32,380 bases of DNA from a virus: the UHGV virus genome UHGV-0208950, one strand, 5' to 3'. Positions 7,162 to 17,063 of this stretch are shown piece after piece. How positions within the stretch are numbered: the first letter of the stretch is position 1; every line of letters starts with the position of its first letter. The notes beneath the pieces are model-generated. The model worked only from the letters and a program-made list of their open reading frames with translations. It was not told the DNA's origin and did no database searches. Position numbers and translations under genes: made by a program.

Positions 7162-7422
7162 TTAACCCTCCTTTGGTTCCTCATAAGACAAAGCCTGCGT
7201 GCTGTCAGACACGCCTTTTGTGGTTGGGTCGGTTACTACCCCTAGGACAGACAACACCGCAAATAACGCGTTTACAACGGCTAACAGCTTGTTTCCCAGT
7301 TCCCCTAAATCCAGCGTGTACCCAAACACCGCCGCTATTACCTGAACCAGTAATAATACGGCCGGGATCAGCGACAGCCAAAACGTCTTATTTTTCAGCC
7401 TTACTCTCCAGTTAATGCTCAT
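7162..7422 (-). CDS. Holin, phi LC3 family
   Basis: INWRVRLKNKTFW...GVVTDPTTKGVSDSTQALSYEEPK signature with two TM helices. Confidence 0.93.
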   Translation of the reverse strand: MSINWRVRLKNKTFWLSLIPAVLLLVQVIAAVFGYTLDLGELGNKLLAVVNALFAVLSVLGVVTDPTTKGVSDSTQALSYEEPKEG

Positions 7423-7428
7423 ATGTAT

Positions 7429-7818
7429 CTACTTCCTTTCTCTTGCGGACTGTTCCTTTTCCTCCAAATACGCTTTTGCATAGGTTGAAAGCCCTACCTC
7501 TTCGTTTTTCAAGTCCAGTTCTTTCACCTCTTCCCACATCGCGGTGCCGAACCCGTTTCCTCCCAACGCATGGTAGGCGTCATAGATCTCCCGAAAGGAC
7601 CGGCGCTGATTGTAAGTCACAAATCCCTGAAGCTTGTACTCAGTATGCAACCGTTGGAGCATGTAAAACAAGATCAGCCTTGTCCCCTGTGAGTTCGCGT
7701 CCCGTTTTTTGTTTTCTATCTGTTTTTCCCGTTTCTGCTCCTTTAACAGCCACACCGCATATCCCATTACGGCGGTCAGCATGATCCCGAAAGCGGACAA
7801 TATCAAATCTGTTGCCAA
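7429..7818 (-). CDS. Membrane-anchored lysis-module protein (holin-associated)
   Basis: TTG start after GAGG. N-terminal TM helix and a YDAYHALGGNG motif typical of genes preceding holins. Confidence 0.75.
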   Translation of the reverse strand: MATDLILSAFGIMLTAVMGYAVWLLKEQKREKQIENKKRDANSQGTRLILFYMLQRLHTEYKLQGFVTYNQRRSFREIYDAYHALGGNGFGTAMWEEVKELDLKNEEVGLSTYAKAYLEEKEQSARERK

Positions 7819-7820
7819 TG

Positions 7821-8453
7821 CTATTCCTCGCTTTTCCACCCCTGCGGGTATTCTTTTGGGGAGAAGTTCGTATCCTGTACGCACTCATACAAAAATCCCT
7901 CATACCAGGCGTATTCCCCGGTATGGTACATATCATGCGCCCCCTGCACGGGCACGAACGGCCGGGCCGTTTTTTTCGTCTTCCCGTGCAATGGCCTCCA
8001 GAAAGTAAACCATGCTGGATTATCCGGCTTGATGTCCGGGTACACCGCATTATCATGCGCCTGGAAGCATTCCCAGGTCTGGTCGTACCAGTTGCGGATC
8101 TCCCCAACCTCATATTTCCCCGGCGCCCAGACTTCATACAAGCCCGAAACAGTCAGTTTTGTATTATCGTCTTTGATTTCCATGGTTGGTAACATCGCTT
8201 TCACCATGACAATCATAGATTCCTGTTCGCTAGGGATATATTCAGACTGGGAGGCCTCTCCCTGTTCCTTCTCAGCCAGATAAGCTGCATATTTTTCCTC
8301 ATCTAATATGGCCTTCCCGCCCTCATATTTGTAATACCCGATTTTCTCCGGCTCCAGTTCTTCCAAAAAGCTGCCCGGTACCTCTATCCCGTCCGGGAAT
8401 CCGCCTACCGTCGCATACCCGGTGATGTATCCGTCTGTTACTTGTATCTGCAT
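7821..8453 (-). CDS. Tail-associated protein with C-terminal Trp/Tyr-rich carbohydrate-binding-like repeats
   Basis: WAPGKYEVGEIR...WECFQAH and YHTGEYAWYEGFLYEC...SPKEYPQGW resemble CBM5/12-like modules. Follows the tail fibre gene. Confidence 0.65.
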   Translation of the reverse strand: MQIQVTDGYITGYATVGGFPDGIEVPGSFLEELEPEKIGYYKYEGGKAILDEEKYAAYLAEKEQGEASQSEYIPSEQESMIVMVKAMLPTMEIKDDNTKLTVSGLYEVWAPGKYEVGEIRNWYDQTWECFQAHDNAVYPDIKPDNPAWFTFWRPLHGKTKKTARPFVPVQGAHDMYHTGEYAWYEGFLYECVQDTNFSPKEYPQGWKSEE

Positions 8454-8466
8454 TGTGGTCCCCCTT

Positions 8467-9750
8467 TTATACTACGCCGTAAATAGCGGCTACTGATAAT
8501 TCAGTAGTATTTGTTCCGTCATTTCTTTGTGCAGTACACTCAATAAAATTAAAGGTGTTCGATGTATCACTGTCACTTTGAGCATTGAAATAATAATGGG
8601 TCATAGTTGGTGTTGCCGTGGAATAGCCGCCTATTCCCCTTAACCATGTATTATAGTTGCACGCTACAATAAGCGTACCAATAGAACTGCCGCTACTTCT
8701 GGCTTTTGTAGCCAATAGCAATATCCGATATCGGTTAGCGTTTGGAATTGTAATTTTTCCGCTAGACCAAGTTCCCTCCCATAATACTTTATTCATTCCC
8801 AAATGATTTCTTTGCGTTGCTTGGGTAGAAGAATCCGAGGATTCGATGAAAACGCTTTCCCATTCGCCCCATGTACCGCTGTCATTCCTATTTCTGATCC
8901 ATAGCTTACTTTCCGCAACCGCAATCTGGCTGATCCAGTTCCCGGACTGGTTATGTGTCACAATCAGTTTAAAGCCACCGTCGTTTCTTGGGGAATGAAC
9001 CAGGGTTTCTGATGTGCCTTTTGTCGGGGAACGATAGGTTCCCGCCGCCGTATAGTTATTTAGGTCTGAACTTTTGGGAATCTCTTCCGAAACTCCTAGG
9101 TTACAGTGCTCCATACTGTTCGCGCTGGGCACTTCCTCCAAAGAAAGCTTGCCATTTCCAGCCAAAGTGGCTAAACCTGTCTTTTCCACCAGTTTCCCGT
9201 TCCCGTCTAAGGTGGCAAGACCGTTGGGCTGACCTTTTTGATTATTAATAATATTTGTTGCGGTCGATGTAGCAACTGTAGTTGCTGTTTCTTCTGCGGT
9301 TGTTCTCGCTTCTTCTGCCGCTGTATTGGCATTTTCAATCGCTTGTTCCGCTTCAGAAATAAGTTGAGTTAATAAAGTAAATTCAGAACTAGCTTCTCCA
9401 GCACCATCTACATCGCACGGGATCACACGCAAAATTATGTTGTCAACCCGCAAGTCAAATACGTCAGGCTTGATGATCTGAATAAAACACTGGTGTTCTC
9501 CCGGAACATCGCAAGCACCAGAAGGCAGTACAATTTTAGCCGAATCTTCGGCAATAGTTGCCGGAACTTGTACAACATCTTTCCCTTTCAGAACGTACAT
9601 AACCACTGTGGTTCCGGTCATATCTACCGGCTGCCCGTCAAGCCCAATTACTGTGAAGTCATATTCTCTGGCTAAATTTTCCCCTTGTGTGGCCGGGATA
9701 ACTACCCGCGCTCCTTGCTGGGTCATATAAATTTCAACTTTTTGCCCCAT
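8467..9750 (-). CDS. Baseplate upper/tail fibre receptor-binding protein (BppU-like N-terminus, knob-like domain)
   Basis: GGAGG RBS before ATG9750. BppU-like N-terminus, coiled coil, DLNNYTAAGTY...WIRN..SGTWGEW knob motif. Confidence 0.8.
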   Translation of the reverse strand: MGQKVEIYMTQQGARVVIPATQGENLAREYDFTVIGLDGQPVDMTGTTVVMYVLKGKDVVQVPATIAEDSAKIVLPSGACDVPGEHQCFIQIIKPDVFDLRVDNIILRVIPCDVDGAGEASSEFTLLTQLISEAEQAIENANTAAEEARTTAEETATTVATSTATNIINNQKGQPNGLATLDGNGKLVEKTGLATLAGNGKLSLEEVPSANSMEHCNLGVSEEIPKSSDLNNYTAAGTYRSPTKGTSETLVHSPRNDGGFKLIVTHNQSGNWISQIAVAESKLWIRNRNDSGTWGEWESVFIESSDSSTQATQRNHLGMNKVLWEGTWSSGKITIPNANRYRILLLATKARSSGSSIGTLIVACNYNTWLRGIGGYSTATPTMTHYYFNAQSDSDTSNTFNFIECTAQRNDGTNTTELSVAAIYGVV

Positions 9751-11893
9751 CTTTAAATACCTCCAATCTGGTATGCTCATAGCCTTTTTGCTTTGCCTTT
9801 ATTTCATAACTAAAAGCAAGGCCGGGTGTTCCTGAGACAGTAAAATAAGTTTGTTCCTTATTTTCCACCCATAAATCGCCCGGCCCATTTTTTTGAAGAA
9901 ATACAACATATTCAACTTCTGTATTAACAGTTTCCAAAAACACAGGATCTAAATCAATTCTGCAAGTTCCATTGTTATCAGTTATTCCATTCCCAATATC
10001 TCCAAAATAACAATCTGCTGTTTCGTAGGCGTTTAAAAGAACTGTTCCATAGCTTTCAGTTTCCACCGCACGGTTTTTGGAACCTCCACCAGTAACAGTA
10101 AAACTTCCATTAACCGCAACGATGCCATTTCCAACTGACACAAAAGTGTTATCATTAAATTTTGAGCGAATAATTGATGTTTTAATATTATCCGCTTGTA
10201 GAACAAAAGTGGAATAAATACGAACTTGTTTTTCTTCGTTTGATAAAGTTATGGCTTGTCTGGAAACAACATCATTTTTCCCTTTTACTAAAAAATAAGC
10301 TGTATCTTGAAAATATATTCCGGTTTGTATGTCTCCATTAACATCCATTCCCACAGCTCTAAAAACTGGATTTTGACTAACTGGATCAATATATGCTAAT
10401 CCATAGCTCCCGTCTGTGCCTTTGCTTATTCTTAAAAATCTATTACTATTATTGGGATCAATTAATTTATCTGCCGCCAGTTGCCCCGTATCTAAATTAA
10501 AATAAGCGTTTCCTTTGTGCCCCTTTAATAATCCTGCTTTAATTACACCTGCATTCATTTCACCGGCTGTAATAAAATTTGCAACGATTTGGCCGTCTTG
10601 GGTGATCGCCGTTTCATAAGGCCCGTTATATCCTTTCGAACTATGTCCAAAACCGCCGTTGTTCCAGCGCCATACATTGATAGCAGTTTCAATATCAGGA
10701 GTATCAAGGCTGCATATCTCTTTCCAGTTTCCAGCTTCATCTTTCACCGCCACCATATATCCGGCACCGTTTGTGATCCAGTTCGTCGCATTGTTTACAG
10801 CTTTATCAAGAAAGGAATAGGAAGGTTTTTCTTTAATTTCTTCAGTATTGCTTACGACTGTATCCGCAATCGTTGTAGTGGCTTCACCCAGCGTGATTTT
10901 AGTATATCGGTTTGCTAAAACATCGTATTCCGTTTCAACGCATTCTGCAACGGCTGAGATATCAAGATCCGGGAACTCAACATTCACTTCATCACAAAGC
11001 ATAACTTTCTCCAAAATCGCAATGTCTTTGTATTGCTCCGTTTGCTCTAACGCTACAAACTCCACTTGGATACTCACAGTAGGAACTCCAATATTATTGC
11101 GTTCAATATACTGCTGTGCTGCTTTTCTGAGTTGTGTTTCAGTCGGCTTTTTTTCAAACTGATCGGATAAATCCACAGGTTGGATTTTTTCTTTCGGGAA
11201 CGTACCAGAGGCTTTCACAATTTTTTTGGGAAGTTCCAAATAACCTTCCTCGTTATCTTTCCAATACGGATATATACCGGTATACACTGATGATATGTTT
11301 GTATCCTGTTCGATGCTGGTTAAATTCTTCCCATACCTGATAGAAACACCGTTATTAGAACCCCGTTTATTTAATAATTTCACCGTAAAACGGTCAAACT
11401 CATATTCCCCGCCGTATACGTCCAAAATACTTCCCGTTTGTCCTCCCAATAATGCACGGGAAGAAGACGGAACCGAAACGCTCATATCTGCGTTAGTTGT
11501 TTTATTGGTATAAAATTCAAACGGGCTTTCAATCACTGCATGATCTTCCATTTTCTGCATTGCATCAATCGCACTTCCGGCCGTAAATGGGGAAACAGGA
11601 ATCCCGGAAAGGTCGTAGCTAATGTGGTTTGCGTAAATAGTAATTACGCCATTGATAGGTTTAGTTATTCTGTAGATCCTAAAAGGCTGCGAAACGGAAT
11701 AAGGCGTAGGCTTGCAAAAAATTATCCGGTCATTTTGTATTTCCTGAAACGATTTCCCAGTTGCCGGATATGTCATTTTCAATTCATAAGCCCCGTTTCT
11801 AACTTCGTTAACAGTACAACTTATAGAATCAGAAATAGCCCCAAGACCATTGGAATCAAAATCTCTTTCGTTTACATCAAATAATAAAATCAT
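9734..11893 (-). CDS. Tail tip/Tal protein (prophage endopeptidase-tail family)
   Basis: CTVNEVRNGAYEL, QPFRIYRI and GVSIRYGKNL motifs. ATG overlaps the Dit stop. Confidence 0.88.
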   Translation of the reverse strand: MILLFDVNERDFDSNGLGAISDSISCTVNEVRNGAYELKMTYPATGKSFQEIQNDRIIFCKPTPYSVSQPFRIYRITKPINGVITIYANHISYDLSGIPVSPFTAGSAIDAMQKMEDHAVIESPFEFYTNKTTNADMSVSVPSSSRALLGGQTGSILDVYGGEYEFDRFTVKLLNKRGSNNGVSIRYGKNLTSIEQDTNISSVYTGIYPYWKDNEEGYLELPKKIVKASGTFPKEKIQPVDLSDQFEKKPTETQLRKAAQQYIERNNIGVPTVSIQVEFVALEQTEQYKDIAILEKVMLCDEVNVEFPDLDISAVAECVETEYDVLANRYTKITLGEATTTIADTVVSNTEEIKEKPSYSFLDKAVNNATNWITNGAGYMVAVKDEAGNWKEICSLDTPDIETAINVWRWNNGGFGHSSKGYNGPYETAITQDGQIVANFITAGEMNAGVIKAGLLKGHKGNAYFNLDTGQLAADKLIDPNNSNRFLRISKGTDGSYGLAYIDPVSQNPVFRAVGMDVNGDIQTGIYFQDTAYFLVKGKNDVVSRQAITLSNEEKQVRIYSTFVLQADNIKTSIIRSKFNDNTFVSVGNGIVAVNGSFTVTGGGSKNRAVETESYGTVLLNAYETADCYFGDIGNGITDNNGTCRIDLDPVFLETVNTEVEYVVFLQKNGPGDLWVENKEQTYFTVSGTPGLAFSYEIKAKQKGYEHTRLEVFKDGAKS

Positions 11894-12597
11894 ATCGTCC
11901 ACCACCTAGGCGTAATTTCGATTTTTGTAATTCCACCAGACCAGCCGATTATATTGGAACCGTTTTGTAAAACCGGGAACTCGGCTGCTTGAATATTCAT
12001 GTTTTGGTTTTCAGTTCCCTTATATGCGTTTTGTGTTTCAGAATCTAACATCAGATATCCGTTAATGCTTTTTACCGTGACAGTTGTTTGATTGACAACG
12101 AGCGTCCCCGCCCCATTTCCATAAACCTTTATCAAAGGCAAAGAAGGCATATACGCATTAAAAAGCTGTGCCCCCGTGCTGCTTAACGTCATAGGAAATT
12201 CCCCTGATTTAAGCCAACGCTGGGGCTGGCAAACAAAGTTGACCGTAAATGAAGCATTCCAATTTAAAAATCCAGTAGAAAAATCAAGTGTGCTTGAAAG
12301 ATATGCCATTCTGAAAAAATCGGTATGATAACTATCTTCGAGCCGCTTGTATCCATGCTTTGATTTTAACCATAGCCGCAGCCGTTCCGCATTTTTGGAA
12401 AAGTCACGAACAATAAACGCTTCATAGGAAACTGTAATATTAGAAAAACGGCCGTTGTCAACGATCAAATCACCATTTCTCCCGGGAACGCTATATGTAG
12501 TCACATCACGTTCAGGTGCGTTATATGTTCCTCCTCCAGATATGTACACGCCAAAGTCTGCGCTTGACTGGCCGTCAAAGGTAAAAAAATTTATCAT
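11890..12597 (-). CDS. Distal tail protein (Dit)
   Basis: FTFDGQSS.DFG, SVPGRNGDL and C-terminal ITPRWWTI motifs. Follows the TMP. Confidence 0.88.
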   Translation of the reverse strand: MINFFTFDGQSSADFGVYISGGGTYNAPERDVTTYSVPGRNGDLIVDNGRFSNITVSYEAFIVRDFSKNAERLRLWLKSKHGYKRLEDSYHTDFFRMAYLSSTLDFSTGFLNWNASFTVNFVCQPQRWLKSGEFPMTLSSTGAQLFNAYMPSLPLIKVYGNGAGTLVVNQTTVTVKSINGYLMLDSETQNAYKGTENQNMNIQAAEFPVLQNGSNIIGWSGGITKIEITPRWWTI

Positions 12598-14909
12598 GCG
12601 AATACCATACCCTTCCTCATTGCCGCCTGTTGGATTTCTGCTGCGATCTGTTCAGCCGTTTGCGCCATATCACCGTTTGAATATACATTGACAGTCATTC
12701 CGCCAAAAGAATTATTGGTCGTATTAGTCGTAGTGCTGTTAGCACCGTACCCATTCCCCGCCGGGCTCACCATCATACTTCCAGACATATCAAAAGCCAT
12801 ATTGTCCATAGCTTCTACAAGCTTATGCTTGTTTTGGTTGATCCCCTGGATCATATTATCGATCATATCAGGCATCCACTTAGGCTGGTCTACTAATGGC
12901 CCTTCATCTGGCACAGAGAAGTGCAGAAATGAAGCGATCGTACCAGCGATATTCCCTACAGCATCGCCAAGCTTTCCAATCATAGACTTGATTCCGTTAA
13001 TAAAGTTCTGGATCATATCCTTGCCCCATTCCAAGAATTTCCCGGGCAGTTCTTTTACTTTGTTAATGATCGTATCTACAAATTCCCTGATTCCATCACT
13101 GGCCTTTTTATTCATATCTATAACCCATTTAGCAATGTTCTTCACAACATTTACCAACCAGTCCCAAATACGGCCTGGAAGTTCTTTAAACCAGTTAATA
13201 ATCCCGTCAATCATATTTTTGATGCCATCATTAACTTTCTTGTTCATGTCAACAATCCATTGCAAAACACTTTGAACGACGTTGACAAGCCATTCCCAAA
13301 TCCTTCCGGGCAGTTGGGCAAACCAATCAACAATCCCGCTGATAAAGTTGGAGATTCCTTCATTCACAGTGGTGTTCAAGTCGATGATCCATTGAATAAT
13401 ACTTTGTACAACGCTGACTAGCCATTCCCAAATGCGCCCCGGCAATTCCTTGAACCAGTTTACAAGGTCATTGAACATATTAGGGATCGTTTCTGTGAAA
13501 AACGCTTTGATCCCTTCCCATGCACTGATAAAGAAATCTTTAATACCGTTCCAGAGATTGATCCAAAATTCCCGGAACTCTTCGCAGTTGTTCCACAAAT
13601 AAATAAACGCGGCCACCAGTCCGGCGATCGCGCTGATAATCAAAAATATTGGGTTTGCGTTCATAACGGCATTTAAAGCCGCTTGTGCCACCGATATGCC
13701 TTTTATGATTCCAGAAATTGGACCTATTGCAGCGACTAAGCCCAAAACGATCTCGATAAATCCTTGAACTTCTGGACTTAGGCCATTAAACCATCCCAAT
13801 AAATCAGCGATTCCTTGAGTAATTGCAGTAATTACCGGCATTACCGTTTCGCCTAGTTTAGCAAGCTGCTCCTTTAAATCCGCATTGGCTTGATTGTTTT
13901 CTACCAACGCTTCGTTATTTTCCTGCCAAGCTTCTCCCGCCTGTATTAGTCCCTGATTAGCCAATTCTTGCAATATTAAATTAGCGCGTTTTGATTCACT
14001 ATTTGTGGATTGCAGTTTCTTATTGAAAGCATCTTCACTGGTTCCCGCCCAGTTCAAAACGTCAGCAAAGGTCCCGGTAACATTCCCAGTTTTTACAGTT
14101 TCGTTGATCGCTTCTGCCAAACCATCAATCGGGATACTATCTCCATAAGTAGCCCAGGCACCAATCGTTCCGTTGATAATTTGTCCCAGTTGTTGCTGCG
14201 ACAAACCAATAGCCTGCAAGTTGGCTGTCGTGGTGGCTGCCGTTTGTTCATCTGCTAAAACACCATACAAGGCCTTATAGCTTTGGGCTGTTTGATCTGC
14301 GGTATATCCCGCATTTTGGCTGGATATTTCCAAACTTCCCATGATCTTCATGTATTCTTTGGATTCTTCTGCAATATCTTTTAGCCCTGAAATAATCGCC
14401 TTTGAGCCTTCTACTATTGCATCCGCCTTTAAGAAATCCCCAAAGTTGGAGGCTTCCTTTCCTGCCTCCTGCAAAGAATCTCCGGCATCATCTGCCGCCT
14501 TAGTAACTTCCTTAATCGGTTTTTCATCAATTCCCCGGATTGCATTGTCTGCATTTTGCGCTTCAGACCGCAGTTTTCCAAGTTTTGCTTCTGTTTCGAT
14601 TACTTCACGCTTTAAGGCATTATATTGATCCTCGCCAATATCACCGCGTTGAAACTGCGCCTGCACCTGTTTTTCAGCGTCTTTCAAGGAATCCAATTTT
14701 GTTTCGGTTGATTCAATAGACTTGTTTAATAAATCATATTTTTGCCTTAAAAGCTCAGTATTACCAGGATCAAGTTTCAAAAGCCGTTCTACATCTTTTA
14801 AATCTTTCTGCGTAGTACTAATTTCTTTATTTACATTGGATAACGCCTTACTTAGTCCTTTTGTATCACCGCCAATTTCAACGGAGATCCCTTTGATCCT
14901 ATCAGCCAA
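12594..14909 (-). CDS. Tail tape measure protein
   Basis: TTG start after GGAGGTGG. ADRIKGISVEIGGDTKGL N-terminus, Trp-periodic repeats and HFSVPDEGPL motif. Confidence 0.92.
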   Translation of the reverse strand: MADRIKGISVEIGGDTKGLSKALSNVNKEISTTQKDLKDVERLLKLDPGNTELLRQKYDLLNKSIESTETKLDSLKDAEKQVQAQFQRGDIGEDQYNALKREVIETEAKLGKLRSEAQNADNAIRGIDEKPIKEVTKAADDAGDSLQEAGKEASNFGDFLKADAIVEGSKAIISGLKDIAEESKEYMKIMGSLEISSQNAGYTADQTAQSYKALYGVLADEQTAATTTANLQAIGLSQQQLGQIINGTIGAWATYGDSIPIDGLAEAINETVKTGNVTGTFADVLNWAGTSEDAFNKKLQSTNSESKRANLILQELANQGLIQAGEAWQENNEALVENNQANADLKEQLAKLGETVMPVITAITQGIADLLGWFNGLSPEVQGFIEIVLGLVAAIGPISGIIKGISVAQAALNAVMNANPIFLIISAIAGLVAAFIYLWNNCEEFREFWINLWNGIKDFFISAWEGIKAFFTETIPNMFNDLVNWFKELPGRIWEWLVSVVQSIIQWIIDLNTTVNEGISNFISGIVDWFAQLPGRIWEWLVNVVQSVLQWIVDMNKKVNDGIKNMIDGIINWFKELPGRIWDWLVNVVKNIAKWVIDMNKKASDGIREFVDTIINKVKELPGKFLEWGKDMIQNFINGIKSMIGKLGDAVGNIAGTIASFLHFSVPDEGPLVDQPKWMPDMIDNMIQGINQNKHKLVEAMDNMAFDMSGSMMVSPAGNGYGANSTTTNTTNNSFGGMTVNVYSNGDMAQTAEQIAAEIQQAAMRKGMVFA
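13030..13460 (-). repeat. Approximately 3.3 tandem 132-bp (44-aa) repeats in the TMP
   Basis: W(F)xxLPGRIW units recur at 13441, 13309 and 13177 (132-bp spacing), plus a partial copy. Confidence 0.85.
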
Positions 14910-15111
14910 TCTTACCACCTCCCGCAAAGAAATTTTTCATACTTCCAGGCTTTGGCTTTAGTGGATATTTTTCGCTGTCGTTTGATTGTTCTGTCAGCAT
15001 ATCAAACACCATACCCATCGTCATGTCATCTAAGTCTGTTTTAGATAATCCAAGCTGTGCGCACCGCAGCATGAAAATAGCCCCGTTCATTTCCCGGTCT
15101 ATCGGTGTTAT
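14902..15111 (-). CDS. Tail assembly chaperone extension (gpT-like, -1 frameshift segment)
   Basis: Open in the -1 frame from the A9 run (15111-15119): ITPIDREMNGAIFMLRCAQLG... Confidence 0.8.
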   Translation of the reverse strand: MTPIDREMNGAIFMLRCAQLGLSKTDLDDMTMGMVFDMLTEQSNDSEKYPLKPKPGSMKNFFAGGGKIG

Positions 15112-15488
15112 TTTTTTTTATATTTTGAAGTGGTTTGCTGGTTGAGCCCCCATAATTCAATCAAATAAGGCAATACCTCATAAATAGAAAAACAGGAAAA
15201 ACTATCCAGCCATTCCTCCACCGTGTTCGCAATTGTATTGTCATATTGTTTTGCCATAATATAGGCCACATTTTCAAAGATTTCTAAGTCCATTACAGAA
15301 AGCTGAGCTTGTTCTAACTCTTCTTTGCTTTCATATTTTTTAGCAGTTTTCACCCTGTCAAAAGACTTTTGCAGCTGGTTCATATCCTGCATAATATCCC
15401 GCCCGATCTTATGGCGGTAAAAACGAGGGGTCAGGGCTGTTGCCCTAAACCCCACCTCTTTTCCATCAATCTGAATTACTTTGTCCAT
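15108..15488 (-). CDS. Tail assembly chaperone (gpG-like)
   Basis: Lies between the major tail and TMP genes. Ends TAT AAA AAA AAA TAA. Confidence 0.87.
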   Translation of the reverse strand: MDKVIQIDGKEVGFRATALTPRFYRHKIGRDIMQDMNQLQKSFDRVKTAKKYESKEELEQAQLSVMDLEIFENVAYIMAKQYDNTIANTVEEWLDSFSCFSIYEVLPYLIELWGLNQQTTSKYKKK

Positions 15489-15490
15489 AA

Positions 15491-16051
15491 TCAATCCCCC
15501 ACAGAATCGGCAAGCCAAACATTTTCATACCAAGCATTTGTCACATTTTCAGGTGTTTCCCCGCTGGTATATGCCATGGTACGCCCGTCAGCAAGCGGTG
15601 AAGCGGTCACACTGACCGTCTGGTTTTGAGGTTCCGTTGTTTCTGTAGTGGTTGCCAGAGACCGGCTCGGTCTGGTACAAGTGCAGTTGTAAAGAACATA
15701 TTTTGTACCGGACACATCGCCTTCTTCTTCAAACAATAACGCAAATTGTTTTGGCTGAACTGTTGCGTTTTCCGTAATTACTTTATCTTTTGTGCTTGCG
15801 GTAAACCCGAACACATCTTCTAAAAATTTATCCGGGAACAATGCCATTTCCAAGTCCCCGGTATACCCATTATTCGCCACAGTCACGAAATACTGCATAT
15901 CATCTGCATAATATGGGGTAGTATCTCCACTGGCTTCCAGAGAAAAACTAACCGCCCCGGGGATCGGAACCGGTGTTTCATAAGTCGGGGTATCATTAGT
16001 AAGGAGTGCATAATGCACATTTTTAATACCGTATTTTACTTTATCTGCCAT
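15491..16051 (-). CDS. Major tail (tube) protein, phi13 family
   Basis: KVKYGIKNVHYA, YYADD, NNGYTGDLE, FALLFE and VLYNCT motifs. Confidence 0.92.
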   Translation of the reverse strand: MADKVKYGIKNVHYALLTNDTPTYETPVPIPGAVSFSLEASGDTTPYYADDMQYFVTVANNGYTGDLEMALFPDKFLEDVFGFTASTKDKVITENATVQPKQFALLFEEEGDVSGTKYVLYNCTCTRPSRSLATTTETTEPQNQTVSVTASPLADGRTMAYTSGETPENVTNAWYENVWLADSVGD

Positions 16052-16053
16052 TT

Positions 16054-16368
16054 TTACACCTCAATTTCATAAATGATGCGATATAATCTTTCCGCATCGT
16101 CATATTCTTCTGTTTTTTCCCAAAAGAAAGAGGACAGGGCTTTTTGCACCTTGTCCTCTGTTTGGGGTTCTTTAAACCTTGTATATAGGTCGATTTGTAT
16201 GTGTTCAAACTTTTTATAAACAATACTGTCAGCGGAAAAATTGTTAGAATAAACGGACTGATAAACCAGAAAAGGCATGTCCGGGGCTTCTTCTTCCGGA
16301 AAAAAGCCATAAGCTACCGGAAGCCCGCTCGTTTCCAAAATCTCTTTTATATTTTCAAGCGTTGTCAC
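16054..16368 (-). CDS. Tail terminator/completion protein
   Basis: GLPVAY, PFLVY, NFSADS and IQIDLYT motifs. Precedes the major tail gene. Confidence 0.82.
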   Translation of the reverse strand: MTTLENIKEILETSGLPVAYGFFPEEEAPDMPFLVYQSVYSNNFSADSIVYKKFEHIQIDLYTRFKEPQTEDKVQKALSSFFWEKTEEYDDAERLYRIIYEIEV

Positions 16369-16759
16369 CGCGTACTGTCACCTTCGCTTTCTTCATCAGC
16401 TTCTTTTCCGCGTTTTGCTCTGCCGGCCGGATATGAGGCTTCGCGCCTACTGTTCCCAGGACTTTTCCGTTCCGGCCTTTCAAAACGTGTCCATGTTCCA
16501 GCAAATGCCCAATTTGCGGCTTTTTGGAGTTATATACTTTGATCCGGATATCATCTGCACTCTCAAAGGCTACTTTAGTTTTCCAGCCCTTTGCATAATC
16601 TCCCGAATCTTTAGGCGCATTGGAACGGATTTCCTTGGCACATTCCTTAGAAACGGTGCGGATATCATCTTTCAAGCCGTCCGTCACTTCCCGATTGTAT
16701 TCTGAAAGTTCTTTGACGATCGCGCTTGCAAGGCCGTTAATTTTTACTGTTCGTGCCAT
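16355..16759 (-). CDS. HK97 gp10-family neck/tail component
   Basis: APKDSGDYAKGW, HLLEHGH and PHIRPAE motifs. Start taken as MARTVK. Confidence 0.87.
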   Translation of the reverse strand: MARTVKINGLASAIVKELSEYNREVTDGLKDDIRTVSKECAKEIRSNAPKDSGDYAKGWKTKVAFESADDIRIKVYNSKKPQIGHLLEHGHVLKGRNGKVLGTVGAKPHIRPAEQNAEKKLMKKAKVTVRGDNA

Positions 16760-17063
16760 TGGATACCCCCGCTTTCCTTTCCAAGTAAAGTTCAATGGAT
16801 TCGTCACGCCCGATATAAGTTCGGTAAATCCCATACTGGACGCCTTCCAGCTCTGCTATTTTTTCGCCCTGGTAATCGTAAAAAAACATTGTTGCCCGGT
16901 ACTCAGGATTTAAACCGGCTTGTCCGCCTGCAAACCACTCAGAAGCGGAAATACTGGAAAGATTGCAAAAGACATCACGGCGGGATTCTACAGGGATGCG
17001 CTGTCCGATCCCATCTGTTTCATACGTTTCTTGGATCAAAGTCAGTATCCTTGATTTATCCAT
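16737..17063 (-). CDS. Head closure/head-tail adaptor (SPP1 gp16-like)
   Basis: SISASEWF.GGQAGLNPE and YGIYRTY motifs. Gene order. Confidence 0.85.
   Translation of the reverse strand: MDKSRILTLIQETYETDGIGQRIPVESRRDVFCNLSSISASEWFAGGQAGLNPEYRATMFFYDYQGEKIAELEGVQYGIYRTYIGRDESIELYLERKAGVSNGTNSKN

Noticed and set aside
7162..7818. Membrane protein in frame with the holin across a TAG (possible readthrough fusion)
   Set aside because: The holin has its own AGGAAG RBS and a canonical N-terminus. An in-frame arrangement has a 1-in-3 chance.
9272..9285. GCAAC-TGTA-GTTGC as a fifth repressor operator
   Set aside because: The spacer is 4 nt rather than 5, and it lies in Ala/Thr-rich coding sequence with no promoter nearby.
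8467..11893. DGR or invertible shufflon acting on tail genes
   Set aside because: No reverse transcriptase, invertase, TR/VR pair or inverted cassette repeats were seen.
12688..13275. Long + strand ORFs opposite structural and replication genes (also 25897-26415, 29354-29854)
   Set aside because: Antisense shadows of well-supported - strand genes, with no RBS or recognisable motifs.
15488..15502. Possible -1 frameshift from the major tail gene into the chaperone at GTG GGG GAT
   Set aside because: Not a proper X XXY YYZ heptamer. The G-run is explained as the chaperone RBS.
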